Shown piece after piece: positions 10,758 through 21,228 of a DNA stretch of 64,000 nt (its first letter is position 1; each line of letters opens with the position of its first letter). Under the pieces are notes generated by a model. The model ran no database searches and was not told the origin of the DNA. It worked only from the letters and a program-made list of their open reading frames with translations. Source of the DNA: Alistipes sp. (GTDB taxonomy: Bacteria > Bacteroidota > Bacteroidia > Bacteroidales > Rikenellaceae); contig JAFQRH010000007.1 of assembly GCA_017410165.1 (NCBI GenBank), positions 4,447-68,446 of the forward strand, given 5' to 3'. The translations under genes were made by a program, and so were the position numbers.

Positions 10758-11708
10758 ATGGCTGATATCGAACGCATCATAAAGAATCTGAAAACGGGTG
10801 CTGCATCGCTCGCTTGTGGCGGTTATCTGCATTCGCTCGACACGCTGCATCGCCACGAGATACTCATTGATGCCGGCTACGACCGTCTGATGCGCAAATA
10901 CAAGAAGATTGAGGAGATATACGAGAGGACGCACAAAGATTGGAATCAAACCTTCTACGAGATGATGTTCCGCACGATGGATTCGTCGGGCAACCGCGCC
11001 GCATACGAACAACTCGCGCGAATCGTTCCATACCGCATCATACAACGCGAGCAACACACCCAGAAATCGGTCGAGGCACTGCTGCTCGGCACCTCCGGAC
11101 TGCTGACGGCATACCGCGATGACGAATATACGTTGTCGCTCAAAAGCGAATACTTCTACCTTGCACGCAAATACGACCTCTCGCCGATGCGATTCAAAGA
11201 GTGGCGATTGGCGGGCGTTCGTCCGTACAACCACCCCGTGTTGCGATTGGCTCAAATTGCGGCATTTCTCTCGCAGAAAGATTTTGCGGTAAATGCCATT
11301 ATCGACTGCCAGACGCCGCAGGATGTCGAGAGATTGTTCGGCGTCGAGGCATCCCGATATTGGACGTCGCATTTCATACCATCCGAACTCACAGCCGACA
11401 TACCCAAACGCCTCGGTCGCGAGAAGTGTTATTTGATAGGCATAAATTTGGTCGTGCAGTTGCAATACGCCTACGGCAGTTATATCGGCAGCGAGATGTT
11501 GCGCGAGCGGGCCATATCGTTATTGGAAAAGCTCCCTGCCGAAAACAACCAATTCCTGCGACGTTGGGCGAGTTACGGCGTCAAGGCGGGCAATGCGTTC
11601 GAGAGTCAGGCACTTTTGCAGTTGGCAACGGAGTATTGTCGCGCGGAGCGTTGCGAGGAGTGTCCGGTCGGTGCAAACATCATCGAGAAGGCGCGACGCA
11701 ACGAATAG
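10758..11708 (+). CDS. DUF2851 family protein
   Basis: DW...FY, GVRPYNHPVLRLAQ, INLVV, QALLQL...YC...RCEEC; appears shorter at the N-terminus than typical members. Confidence 0.8.
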   Translation: MADIERIIKNLKTGAASLACGGYLHSLDTLHRHEILIDAGYDRLMRKYKKIEEIYERTHKDWNQTFYEMMFRTMDSSGNRAAYEQLARIVPYRIIQREQHTQKSVEALLLGTSGLLTAYRDDEYTLSLKSEYFYLARKYDLSPMRFKEWRLAGVRPYNHPVLRLAQIAAFLSQKDFAVNAIIDCQTPQDVERLFGVEASRYWTSHFIPSELTADIPKRLGREKCYLIGINLVVQLQYAYGSYIGSEMLRERAISLLEKLPAENNQFLRRWASYGVKAGNAFESQALLQLATEYCRAERCEECPVGANIIEKARRNE

Positions 11709-11818
11709 TTCGCTGATTTGCCATCTTTTTTAGCCCAATTTGTTATTTTTACGCTCTTTTAGGCGAGAAGCAGACCAAAAACGGTGCAAATTTATTTGCA
11801 ACTGCTCGCTCTTTGTAT

Positions 11819-11826
11819 TATCTTTG
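11819..11826 (+). promoter_or_regulatory. Bacteroidetes -7 promoter element upstream of secA
   Basis: TATCTTTG matches TAnnTTTG, 30 nt upstream of the secA ATG. Confidence 0.65.
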
Positions 11827-11856
11827 CGCGTATTATCAAGAAAACAGAGATTTACT

Positions 11857-14800
11857 ATGGACATACTATCAAGTTTAATCAAACTCATTTTCGGCAGCAA
11901 AGCCGACAAAGACCGCAAAGAGGTCGAGCCATATTTGGTAAAAATCAAAGCCATATATCCGTCAATTCAACAGTTGAGCAATGACGAGTTGCGTGCACGA
12001 AGCGCAGCGTTGCGTAAGCGCATTGCCGACTTCATTGCCGAGGACGAGGCACACATCACCGAGCAGAAAGGTCGCTTGGAGGACTCCTCGATTTCGCTCG
12101 CCGAGAAGGAGAAGATTTCAAAGGATATCGATACGACGGTCAAGCGCATAGACGACAAAATCGAGAAGATTCTCGACGAGATTCTGCCGGAGGCGTTCGC
12201 CATTATGAAGGATACGGCTCGCCGTTTCGCAGAGAACGAGACCGTCGAGGTTACCGCCAACGATTTCGACCGCGATTTGGCAGCAGTCAAGGATTTCATC
12301 ACCGTCGAAGGCGACAAGGCAATCTACTCGACACGTTGGACTGCCGGCGGAAACGACATCAAGTGGGATATGGTTCACTACGACGTTCAGTTGTTCGGCG
12401 GTGTCGTTTTGCACAAAGGCAAGATTGCCGAGATGGCAACCGGTGAGGGTAAAACGCTCGTAGCAACCCTGCCGGTATTCCTCAACGCCCTTGCAGGCAA
12501 GGGTGTGCATATGGTGACGGTCAATGACTATCTGGCACGCCGTGATGCCGAGTGGATGGGTCCGATGTACCAATTCCACGGTCTGTCAGTCGATTGTATC
12601 GACTCGCACCAGCCAAACTCGGAGGCACGTCGCAAGGCATACCTTGCGGATATCACATTCGGTACGAACAACGAGTACGGCTTCGACTACCTGCGCGACA
12701 ATATGGCATCGTCGCCATCCGATCTGGTACAGCGCAAGCACCACTTCGCCATTGTCGATGAGGTGGACTCGGTGCTCATCGACGATGCACGTACGCCGCT
12801 CATCATTTCGGGTCCCGTTCCGAAGGGCGACGACCAGATGTTCGAGCAATACTGCCCTGCCATTCAACACCTGTACGGTTTGCAGCGCGACTTCGTGACG
12901 TCGCTCGTTGCCGAATCGCGCAAATTGGCAGCCGACGGCAAGATGGACGAGGCGGGTATTTTGATGTACCGCGCATATAAGGGTCTGCCGAAATACAAGC
13001 CGCTCATCAAGTTCCTCTCGGAGCAGGGCATCAAGGTTCAGATGCAGAAGACCGAGAATATCTATATGGCGGACAACAACCGCCGTATGCCGGAGATTAC
13101 CGACGAGTTGTTCTTCGTCATTGACGAGAAGCTCAACTCGGTCGAGCTGACCGACAAGGGTCACGAGGTACTGTCGCGCTACTTCAAGGAGGACGGCTTC
13201 TTCGTTTTGCCTGATATCGGTGCCGAGATTGCCGAGTTGGAACAGCAGGAGCTCACGCTCGAAGAGAAGGCGCAACGCAAAGATGAACTCATCAAGGATT
13301 ACTCGATAAAGTCGGAGCGTGTACACACGGTCAATCAGTTGCTCAAAGCATACTCGATGTTCGAGAAGGATGTGGAGTATGTCGTTATGGACAACAAAGT
13401 GAAGATTGTCGATGAGCAGACGGGTCGTATTTTGGACGGTCGTCGCTACTCGGATGGTCTGCACCAGGCAATCGAGGCAAAGGAGCACGTGAAGGTCGAG
13501 GCAGCAACGCAGACCTTCGCAACAATCACGTTGCAGAACTACTTCCGTATGTACCACAAGTTGGGCGGTATGACCGGTACGGCAGAGACCGAGGCATCGG
13601 AGTTCTGGAACATCTACAAGTTGGACGTCGTAATCATCCCGACCAACCGTCCGGTTATCCGCGATGACCAGAACGACGTCATCTACAAAACCAAGCGCGA
13701 AAAGTATAACGCCGTAATCGCCGAAGTGGAGCGACTCGTAAAAGAGGGTCGTCCGGTATTGGTCGGTACGACATCGGTCGAGATTTCGGAGTTGCTCAGC
13801 CGTATGCTCAAAATTCGTGGCTTGAAGCACAACGTACTCAACGCGAAGCAGCACCAATTGGAGGCACAAATCGTCGCCGAGGCAGGTCGTCCGGGACAGA
13901 TTACCATCGCTACCAATATGGCAGGTCGTGGTACCGATATCAAACTGACCGAGGAGGTTAAAGCCGCCGGAGGTTTGGCGATCATCGGTACGGAGCGTCA
14001 CGAGAGCCGCCGTGTCGATCGTCAGTTGCGCGGTCGAAGCGGTCGTCAGGGAGACCCCGGCTCTTCGATGTTCTTCGTATCGTTCGAGGACGACTTGATG
14101 CGTCTGTTCGGTTCGGAGAGAATCGCCGCAATGATGGACCGAATGGGCATCGAAGAGGGCGAGCGTATCGAATCGGGAATGATGTCGAAGGCCGTAGAGC
14201 GAGCACAGAAGAAGGTCGAGGAGAACAACTTCGGTATTCGTAAGCGACTGCTCGAATATGACGATGTGATGAACTCGCAGCGTGAGGTTATCTACACGCG
14301 CCGTCGCCACGCACTCTATGGCGAGCGTATCGAAATCGACCTCAACAACCTGATGTACGACTACGCAGAGGCATTCCTCAACGAACACGAGGGCGACGAC
14401 TTCGAGTCGTTCAGTTTCGAGCTTATCCGTGAGGTTGGTTTGCAACCGACATTCACGCTCGAAGAGTACGATAAGGCAAAACGTGGCGAGCTCGTAGAGA
14501 TGATTGTCGCAGATTTGCAGGCACTCTACAATCGTCGCGCAAAGGCGGTAGCAGACACCGTTCGTCCGGTGATGACGAAAATCTACGAGGAGCAGAAAGA
14601 TCACCTCGACGGCATCATCCGCTTCCCGCTCACAAATGGTCACTTGGGCTACAACGTACCGGTCAATTTGCAGAAGTGCAAAGATTCGGACGGTGCGGAG
14701 ATATACAAAGTATTCTCGAAGGTGGTGCTCTTCACCACGATTGACGATGCTTGGCGCGAGCACCTGCGCGAGATGGACGATTTGCGCCAGAGCGTGCAGA

Positions 14801-15144
14801 ATGCATCCTACGAGCAGAAAGACCCGCTGCTTATCTACAAGTTCGAGTCGTTCGGCCTCTTCTCGAAGATGTTGGAGAAGATTAACCGCGACGTGCTATC
14901 GATTCTCAACAAGTCGTACATCCCTGTACAGCAGCAGAATCCGGAGGCGATTCAGAACACCCGTCAGCAGCGTGCGAAGGTCGATGTAAACAAGTTGCAG
15001 GCATCGCGTATGGCAGCGGCTGCGGCAGCAGGTCAGGGCGAAAAGAGCAAACCGGCACCGATACACGTCGAGAAAAAGGTAGGCCGCAACGACCCTTGTC
15101 CGTGTGGCAGTGGCAAGAAGTACAAACATTGTCACGGCAAATAA
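11857..15144 (+). CDS. secA: Preprotein translocase ATPase SecA
   Basis: [38 protein letters not shown]-terminal [19 protein letters not shown]; ATG at 11857. Confidence 0.99.
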   Translation: MDILSSLIKLIFGSKADKDRKEVEPYLVKIKAIYPSIQQLSNDELRARSAALRKRIADFIAEDEAHITEQKGRLEDSSISLAEKEKISKDIDTTVKRIDDKIEKILDEILPEAFAIMKDTARRFAENETVEVTANDFDRDLAAVKDFITVEGDKAIYSTRWTAGGNDIKWDMVHYDVQLFGGVVLHKGKIAEMATGEGKTLVATLPVFLNALAGKGVHMVTVNDYLARRDAEWMGPMYQFHGLSVDCIDSHQPNSEARRKAYLADITFGTNNEYGFDYLRDNMASSPSDLVQRKHHFAIVDEVDSVLIDDARTPLIISGPVPKGDDQMFEQYCPAIQHLYGLQRDFVTSLVAESRKLAADGKMDEAGILMYRAYKGLPKYKPLIKFLSEQGIKVQMQKTENIYMADNNRRMPEITDELFFVIDEKLNSVELTDKGHEVLSRYFKEDGFFVLPDIGAEIAELEQQELTLEEKAQRKDELIKDYSIKSERVHTVNQLLKAYSMFEKDVEYVVMDNKVKIVDEQTGRILDGRRYSDGLHQAIEAKEHVKVEAATQTFATITLQNYFRMYHKLGGMTGTAETEASEFWNIYKLDVVIIPTNRPVIRDDQNDVIYKTKREKYNAVIAEVERLVKEGRPVLVGTTSVEISELLSRMLKIRGLKHNVLNAKQHQLEAQIVAEAGRPGQITIATNMAGRGTDIKLTEEVKAAGGLAIIGTERHESRRVDRQLRGRSGRQGDPGSSMFFVSFEDDLMRLFGSERIAAMMDRMGIEEGERIESGMMSKAVERAQKKVEENNFGIRKRLLEYDDVMNSQREVIYTRRRHALYGERIEIDLNNLMYDYAEAFLNEHEGDDFESFSFELIREVGLQPTFTLEEYDKAKRGELVEMIVADLQALYNRRAKAVADTVRPVMTKIYEEQKDHLDGIIRFPLTNGHLGYNVPVNLQKCKDSDGAEIYKVFSKVVLFTTIDDAWREHLREMDDLRQSVQNASYEQKDPLLIYKFESFGLFSKMLEKINRDVLSILNKSYIPVQQQNPEAIQNTRQQRAKVDVNKLQASRMAAAAAAGQGEKSKPAPIHVEKKVGRNDPCPCGSGKKYKHCHGK

Positions 15145-15156
15145 CCGACCGGAGAT

Positions 15157-15594
15157 ATGGGAGCATACGCAGCAGAGAAACAGCGTCAATTAGACATCCG
15201 CTACTTGAAGATGGCGCGAATATGGGCAGGAAACTCATATTGTGTGCGTCGTCAAGTGGGTGCGCTTATCGTCAAGGATAAGATGATTATCTCGGACGGA
15301 TATAACGGTACGCCGTCGGGCTTCGAGAACATCTGCGAGGACGATATGGGGCAGACCAAACCATACGTACTGCACGCTGAGGCAAACGCCATTACGAAGG
15401 TTGCCAAGAGCGCAAACAACTGCGACGGTGCGACGCTCTACATCACCGCATCGCCTTGCATCGAGTGCGCCAAACTGATTATTCAAGCGGGTATCAAACG
15501 CGTGGTATATTGCGAGGAGTATCGCTCGAACGAGGGTTTGCAACTATTGCAAAGGGTCGGTATCGAGTGCGTATATATAGATATTGAAGCATAA
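15157..15594 (+). CDS. dCMP deaminase family protein
   Basis: GYNG, HAEANAI, PCIEC zinc-deaminase motifs. Confidence 0.93.
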   Translation: MGAYAAEKQRQLDIRYLKMARIWAGNSYCVRRQVGALIVKDKMIISDGYNGTPSGFENICEDDMGQTKPYVLHAEANAITKVAKSANNCDGATLYITASPCIECAKLIIQAGIKRVVYCEEYRSNEGLQLLQRVGIECVYIDIEA

Positions 15595-15641
15595 ACATCA
15601 AACAATAATTTTTAATCACTTACATTAAAACACAAACAGTT

Positions 15642-16640
15642 ATGAGTTTCCTTACTAACGAAAAACTGACCATCGTCGGCGCAGCCGGTATGATCGGTTC
15701 GAACATGGCGCAGTGCGCTATGATGATGAAGCTTTCGTCGAACATCTGCCTTTATGACCCATTTGCTCCTGCATTGGAGGGCGTAGCAGAGGAGTTGTTC
15801 CACTGCGGTTTCGACGGTATCAACCTCACCTTCACCTCGGACATCAAAGAGGCATTGACCGATGCAAAGTACGTTGTATCGTCGGGTGGCGCTGCTCGTA
15901 AAGCAGGTATGACTCGCGAGGATTTGCTCAAAGGTAACGCAGAGATTGCTGCCGAGTTCGGTAAGAACATCAAGCAGTACTGCCCTGACGTTAAGCACAT
16001 CGTTGTAATCTTCAACCCGGCTGATATCACCGGTCTCATCACGCTCATCTACTCGGGCGTTAAGCCGTCGCAGGTTACTACCCTCGCAGGTTTGGATTCG
16101 ACCCGTCTCCGCAGCGAGTTGGCGAAGTACCTCCACGTACCGGCAGACGAGATTACCAACCCACGCACGTATGGTGGTCACGGCGAGCAGATGGCCGTAT
16201 TCGCATCGACCGTTAAGGTTCAGGGTACGCCACTCACCGACATCATCGGCACCGAGCGTATGCCACTCGCAGATTGGGATGCTCTTCGTCAGCGCGTAAT
16301 CCAGGGTGGTAAGAACATCATCGACCTCCGTGGCCGTTCGTCGTTCCAGAGCCCTGCTCTCGTTTCGATTCAGATGATTGCTGCCGCTATGGGTGGCGAG
16401 CCATTCCGTTGGCCTGCCGGTGTTTACGTAAACACTGACGAGTTCAAGAATATTATGATGGCTATGGAGACCTCGATTACCAAGGATGGCGTACAGTACA
16501 TTCCTGTTCAGGGTAACGAGGAGGAGCACGCTGCTTTGGTTGATAGCTACAAGCACCTCTGCAACCTCCGCGACGAGGTTATCGCAATGGGCGTTATTCC
16601 GGCTATCGAGGAGTGGCACTCGATTAACGAGAACCTCTAA
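15642..16640 (+). CDS. mdh: Malate dehydrogenase
   Basis: GAAGMIG, RKAGMTREDLL..N, NPAD, LDSTRL, GGHGE. Confidence 0.92.
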   Translation: MSFLTNEKLTIVGAAGMIGSNMAQCAMMMKLSSNICLYDPFAPALEGVAEELFHCGFDGINLTFTSDIKEALTDAKYVVSSGGAARKAGMTREDLLKGNAEIAAEFGKNIKQYCPDVKHIVVIFNPADITGLITLIYSGVKPSQVTTLAGLDSTRLRSELAKYLHVPADEITNPRTYGGHGEQMAVFASTVKVQGTPLTDIIGTERMPLADWDALRQRVIQGGKNIIDLRGRSSFQSPALVSIQMIAAAMGGEPFRWPAGVYVNTDEFKNIMMAMETSITKDGVQYIPVQGNEEEHAALVDSYKHLCNLRDEVIAMGVIPAIEEWHSINENL

Positions 16641-16665
16641 TAAGGAATTTGCGTTAAAGCGGACA

Positions 16666-16703
16666 AACCGCCGACCTTCACGTGAGGGTTGGCGGTTGTT
16701 TTT
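16666..16703 (+). terminator. Rho-independent terminator after mdh
   Basis: AACCGCCGACCTTCA/TGAGGGTTGGCGGTT followed by GTTTTT. Confidence 0.85.
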
Positions 16704-16872
16704 TGAGCAATATAACACACGAAGTCGAAGCAATGCAGCAAAAAGTCGAATAAAAACTATCAAAAAACGACATTTCGGCACTCTGAAGAGTTTTTTTTGC
16801 GAATAATTTTATATCTTTGGGTGTTGGAAAAATTTTTGCATCGGTATTTTGTTTAATAAACAAATACCGAGT

Positions 16873-18852
16873 ATGAAAAACAAACGAGGAAAGATAATGA
16901 ACGACATTCGCGCACTTATCAGAAAATACGCATTCGAGAAGTATCTGCATTCGGGAGTAATCGCTCTCATCGATATCATTTTGTCAATATTCGTCGCAGC
17001 AATCGTATTGGTTTGCGTCAATATGGTTTTGCCAAGTTACCTCTTCTCGTTTAAGGGAGGTGTGTTTGTCATCATTATATCGACAATCGCCTCGATGGTG
17101 GCAATCTTTACGATGAAGACCCACCACATCATCATTCGCCATAGCACACTGACCGATATCTGGAAATTTGCCGCTGCAACCATAATCAAAGAGGTGATGT
17201 TCGGCATCGGGCTCTACTTTATTTGCAACATTAGAGGCACGTTGTTCGCATCGTTTATCATTCTCGATTCGATGGCACTCTTCTGTGGATTTGTCGGCAT
17301 ACGTATTGCGATGGTTGTGGTTTACGATACGCTCAAACAGCGTCTGATTACCGACAACAGCCGTATCAACACACTCATATACAGCACAAGCAGCAAGGCG
17401 ACCGGTCTGAAAGTTCGTCTGCAAAACTCGCCACACTATAAGGTGGTCGGATTTATCGACAACAACCACGAGGCGAACAATCGCCTGTTGGGCGTGCGCG
17501 TCTTTTCGATGAACGGAATGGACAAAGCGCAAATGAAGGAGTTGTTCGACTCGCATATGATTCAGGCAGTTTTGTTCCCGAACTACGATTCGCTCAGCGA
17601 GGAGCGCGACCAACTCATTGCATTCTGTACATCGAATAAAATCAAGGTGTTGGTTGTTCCGCCTATTGGCGAGATTGTCGATGGAAAGATGCCGCAAAAC
17701 TCAATCCGAGAGATTAAAATCGAAGATTTGCTCGGTCGTGACGAGATAAAAATCTCGATGAAGGAGATTATCGAGAAGTTCAACAACACATCTATTCTCG
17801 TTACGGGAGCAGCCGGCTCAATCGGCTCGGAGTTGTGCCGCCAGTTGGCATCGTTCGGCATCCGCCAACTCATAATGTTCGACAATGCCGAGACGCCGAT
17901 GCACAACATCCGTTTGGAGTTGGAGGAGAAGTTCCCGCATCTGGATATCGTTCCGATTGTAGGCGATGTGCGCCAACGCCAACGCTTGGAGTATATCTTC
18001 TCGAAATTTGCGCCACAAATCGTATTCCACGCCGCTGCATACAAACACGTGCCGCTGATGGAGGAGAATCCGTGCGAAGCGATTTTGGTGAACGTCGTCG
18101 GTACGCGCAATGTGGCCGATTTGTGCGTTAGCAACGGAGTCGAGATGATGGTTATGATTTCGACCGACAAGGCGGTAAATCCGACCAACGTAATGGGCTG
18201 CTCGAAGCGTCTTGCCGAGATATACGTGCAGTCGCTCGGACGGAGCATTGAGAGGGGCACATTTGCCGGCGGTGGCAAAACGAAGTTCGTCACAACGCGT
18301 TTCGGCAACGTGCTTGGCAGCAACGGTTCGGTCATTCCGCGCTTCCGCGAACAGATTCTCAAAGGTGGCCCTGTGACGGTGACCCACCCTGACATTACAC
18401 GTTTCTTTATGACCATTCCGGAGGCGTGCCGCCTGGTGATGGAGGCCGCGACAATGAGTTGCGGAAACCAGATTTTCGTCTTCGATATGGGTAAATCCGT
18501 AAAGATCGTTACGCTTGCCGAGCGAATGATCGAGCTGGCGGGCTTTACCGTAGGTAAGGAGATTTCGATAAAGTTCACAGGTCTGCGTCCGGGCGAGAAA
18601 CTCTACGAAGAGGTGCTGTCGAATGCAGAGAATACGACCGCAACCAATCACGAGAAGATTCGTATTGCAACCGTACGCGAATACGACTACAACGAGGCAC
18701 TCAAAGCTGTCGAGGAGTTGGGCGTGTTGGCCGAGCAGGTGCAGATTATGGATGCGGTCAGAAAGATGAAAGATGTGGTTCCGGAGTTCAAGAGCCAAAA
18801 TTCGCGCTTTGAAGAGCTGGACGCAGAAATGATAACAAAAAAGGTTGGTTAG
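16873..18852 (+). CDS. Membrane-bound nucleoside-diphosphate sugar 4,6-dehydratase (CapD/PglF/WbpM type)
   Basis: About 4 N-terminal TM segments; GAAGSIGSEL, HAAAYKHVP, STDKAVNPTNVMGCSKR, RFGNVLGSNGSV, LRPGEKLYEE. Confidence 0.93.
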   Translation: MKNKRGKIMNDIRALIRKYAFEKYLHSGVIALIDIILSIFVAAIVLVCVNMVLPSYLFSFKGGVFVIIISTIASMVAIFTMKTHHIIIRHSTLTDIWKFAAATIIKEVMFGIGLYFICNIRGTLFASFIILDSMALFCGFVGIRIAMVVVYDTLKQRLITDNSRINTLIYSTSSKATGLKVRLQNSPHYKVVGFIDNNHEANNRLLGVRVFSMNGMDKAQMKELFDSHMIQAVLFPNYDSLSEERDQLIAFCTSNKIKVLVVPPIGEIVDGKMPQNSIREIKIEDLLGRDEIKISMKEIIEKFNNTSILVTGAAGSIGSELCRQLASFGIRQLIMFDNAETPMHNIRLELEEKFPHLDIVPIVGDVRQRQRLEYIFSKFAPQIVFHAAAYKHVPLMEENPCEAILVNVVGTRNVADLCVSNGVEMMVMISTDKAVNPTNVMGCSKRLAEIYVQSLGRSIERGTFAGGGKTKFVTTRFGNVLGSNGSVIPRFREQILKGGPVTVTHPDITRFFMTIPEACRLVMEAATMSCGNQIFVFDMGKSVKIVTLAERMIELAGFTVGKEISIKFTGLRPGEKLYEEVLSNAENTTATNHEKIRIATVREYDYNEALKAVEELGVLAEQVQIMDAVRKMKDVVPEFKSQNSRFEELDAEMITKKVG

Positions 18853-18854
18853 TT

Positions 18855-20057
18855 ATGCCTAAAATTTCGGAAAGAGCTGTACTTATGCCGTCATCGCCCA
18901 TCAGGCGACTTGCACCGCTGGCAGAGCAAGCAAAAAAACGCGGCACAAAGGTATATCATCTAAATATCGGTCAGCCGGACATCGAATCGCCGGTCGAGGG
19001 CCTGAACGCCCTGCGCCAGATAGACCGCAAGATTCTCGAATATAGTCCGAGTGACGGTTTTGCATCGTTGCGCGAGAAGTTGGTCGGATACTACGACCAA
19101 TACCAAATCAAACTATCGGCCGATGATATCATCATCACGGCGGGCGGTTCGGAGGCGGTGCTCTTCGCGTTTATGTCGTGCCTGAATCCGGGTGACGAGA
19201 TTATCGTGCCGGAGCCGGCGTATGCCAACTATATGGCATTTGCAATCTCGGCTGGCGCAGTCATTCGCCCCATCACATCGACCATCGAAGATGGATTTGC
19301 ACTGCCTGCAATCGAGCGTTTCGAGGAGTTGATTAACGAGCGCACACGAGGCATACTCATCTGCAACCCGAACAACCCGACCGGCTACCTCTATACCCGC
19401 AAGGAGATGAACCGCATCCGCGACTTGGTCAAGAAATACGACCTGTTCCTCTTCTCGGACGAGGTCTATCGAGAGTTTATCTATACCGGCTCGCCATATA
19501 TCTCGGCGTGCCATTTGGAGGGTATCGAACAGAATGTCGTTCTCATCGACTCGGTCTCGAAGCGTTACTCGGAGTGTGGCATCCGCATCGGTGCGCTCAT
19601 TACCAAAAACAAGGTATTGCGCGATGCTGTGATGAAGTTCTGCCAGGCGCGATTAAGCCCTCCGTTGTTGGGACAAATCGTAGCCGAAGCATCGCTCGAC
19701 AGCCCACGCTCGTATGCAATTCACACGTACGAGGAGTATATCGAGCGTCGCAACTGCCTCATCGACGAACTGAACAAGATTCCGGGCGTCTATTCGCCAA
19801 TTCCGATGGGTGCATTCTACACGGTGGCGCGTCTGCCGATTGACGACAGCGACCGCTTCTGCGAGTGGTGTTTGAAAGAGTTCGAGTGGGAAGGTGCGAC
19901 GGTGATGCTTGCGCCGGCATCGGGCTTCTATTCGGAGCCGAATCTGGGCAACGACGAGGTGCGTATCGCCTACGTACTCGGCAAAGAGGAGCTCAAAAAA
20001 GCGATACGCGTACTTGCCAAGGCAATCGAGGCGTATCCGGGACGAACGACAAAATAA
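18855..20057 (+). CDS. Class I/II PLP-dependent aminotransferase (aspartate aminotransferase-like)
   Basis: NIGQPD, NPNNPTG, DEVYREF, DSVSKRYSECGIRIG. Confidence 0.93.
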   Translation: MPKISERAVLMPSSPIRRLAPLAEQAKKRGTKVYHLNIGQPDIESPVEGLNALRQIDRKILEYSPSDGFASLREKLVGYYDQYQIKLSADDIIITAGGSEAVLFAFMSCLNPGDEIIVPEPAYANYMAFAISAGAVIRPITSTIEDGFALPAIERFEELINERTRGILICNPNNPTGYLYTRKEMNRIRDLVKKYDLFLFSDEVYREFIYTGSPYISACHLEGIEQNVVLIDSVSKRYSECGIRIGALITKNKVLRDAVMKFCQARLSPPLLGQIVAEASLDSPRSYAIHTYEEYIERRNCLIDELNKIPGVYSPIPMGAFYTVARLPIDDSDRFCEWCLKEFEWEGATVMLAPASGFYSEPNLGNDEVRIAYVLGKEELKKAIRVLAKAIEAYPGRTTK

Positions 20058-20068
20058 GCACTACAACA

Positions 20069-21172
20069 TTGAGCATCGACCTGATAATTTCAGAGATACT
20101 GCGTCAGACGATTTGGGAAGTAGCCCCAAATGCCGCCGACGCAATAACAACAGCCGCAGCAGACCTCGACGAGAGCGAGTGGTTTCGGTTGCACGCACTC
20201 GCTGTGCGACAGGGTGTTGTTGCTCTGCTCTTCGATGGATTGATGAGTGCGGGCGTTACGATTCCGCACCACGTAAAGATGCGATTCATATCCTCGACCG
20301 ACCATATCGAGAAGGAGTATGCCAAGAAGCGTCGCATCGCACGAAAACTCGCCGAGGTGTATGCCGGCGAAGATATTCGGATGATGATACTCAAAGGTAT
20401 CGGTATTTCGATGCTCTACCCCGTTGCGCACCATCGCCCAAGCAGCGATATCGACATATATCTCTGTGGCGACCAGCAACGTGGTGATGAACTGCTACAC
20501 AAACTATACGGCATCTCTATCGACAAAGGACGCCATCACCACACGGTTTTTCGCATCAAAAACATACTCATAGAGAACCACTACGACTTTATCGAGGCGC
20601 ATAGTCGCGCATCGTCGCAGAGGGCAGAACAGCGACTTAAAGAGTTGGTTGCCAACGAACAACCGCTCGAAGCCGACATCGACGGCGTGACCTACCTGAC
20701 ACCTTCGCCCACGATGAATGCGTTATTTCTCACGCTACACTCCGCAGCGCATTTCGCCGCCGAAAATATCTCTATACGCCACCTATGCGATTGGGCATTC
20801 TTCCTCAACGCGTACAGCAAGCAGGTCGATTGGCAGGAGATTATGCAGTTGAGCAACGAGTTGGGATTCCGACCATTCCTCGATGTGATGAATGGTGCCT
20901 GTGTGCGATACCTCGGAATGGATGCTTCGCTCGCACCGTCACTCTCGGATGACGAACAGACAATCGAGCGAATGTGGGCGGACTCGATGGAGTACAAGGT
21001 GCGTGATATACCCAAGAACTTCCTACGCGGTTGGATTTATCGAATCAAACGCCGATATGCAAACCGTTGGAAGCAGCGTTTAGCATACTGCGACAACGGA
21101 TTTAGCGCATTTATACGCTCGGCAGCGATTCACATTCTGCCACCAAAGATTGTTCGCAGAGTTCAAGAATAG
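20069..21172 (+). CDS. Nucleotidyltransferase family protein (NTP_transf_5-like)
   Basis: ILKGIG....YP....R.SSDIDIY, IENH; start uncertain (TTG at 20069). Confidence 0.8.
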   Translation: MSIDLIISEILRQTIWEVAPNAADAITTAAADLDESEWFRLHALAVRQGVVALLFDGLMSAGVTIPHHVKMRFISSTDHIEKEYAKKRRIARKLAEVYAGEDIRMMILKGIGISMLYPVAHHRPSSDIDIYLCGDQQRGDELLHKLYGISIDKGRHHHTVFRIKNILIENHYDFIEAHSRASSQRAEQRLKELVANEQPLEADIDGVTYLTPSPTMNALFLTLHSAAHFAAENISIRHLCDWAFFLNAYSKQVDWQEIMQLSNELGFRPFLDVMNGACVRYLGMDASLAPSLSDDEQTIERMWADSMEYKVRDIPKNFLRGWIYRIKRRYANRWKQRLAYCDNGFSAFIRSAAIHILPPKIVRRVQE

Positions 21173-21181
21173 TACTCAAAA

Positions 21182-21228
21182 AAGAGAATCCTCCGACGCT
21201 CACTTTATTCTCGTCGGAGGGTTTTCTT
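21182..21228. terminator. Bidirectional terminator between convergent genes
   Basis: AAGAGAATCCTCCGACG/CGTCGGAGGGTTTTCTT. Confidence 0.8.
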
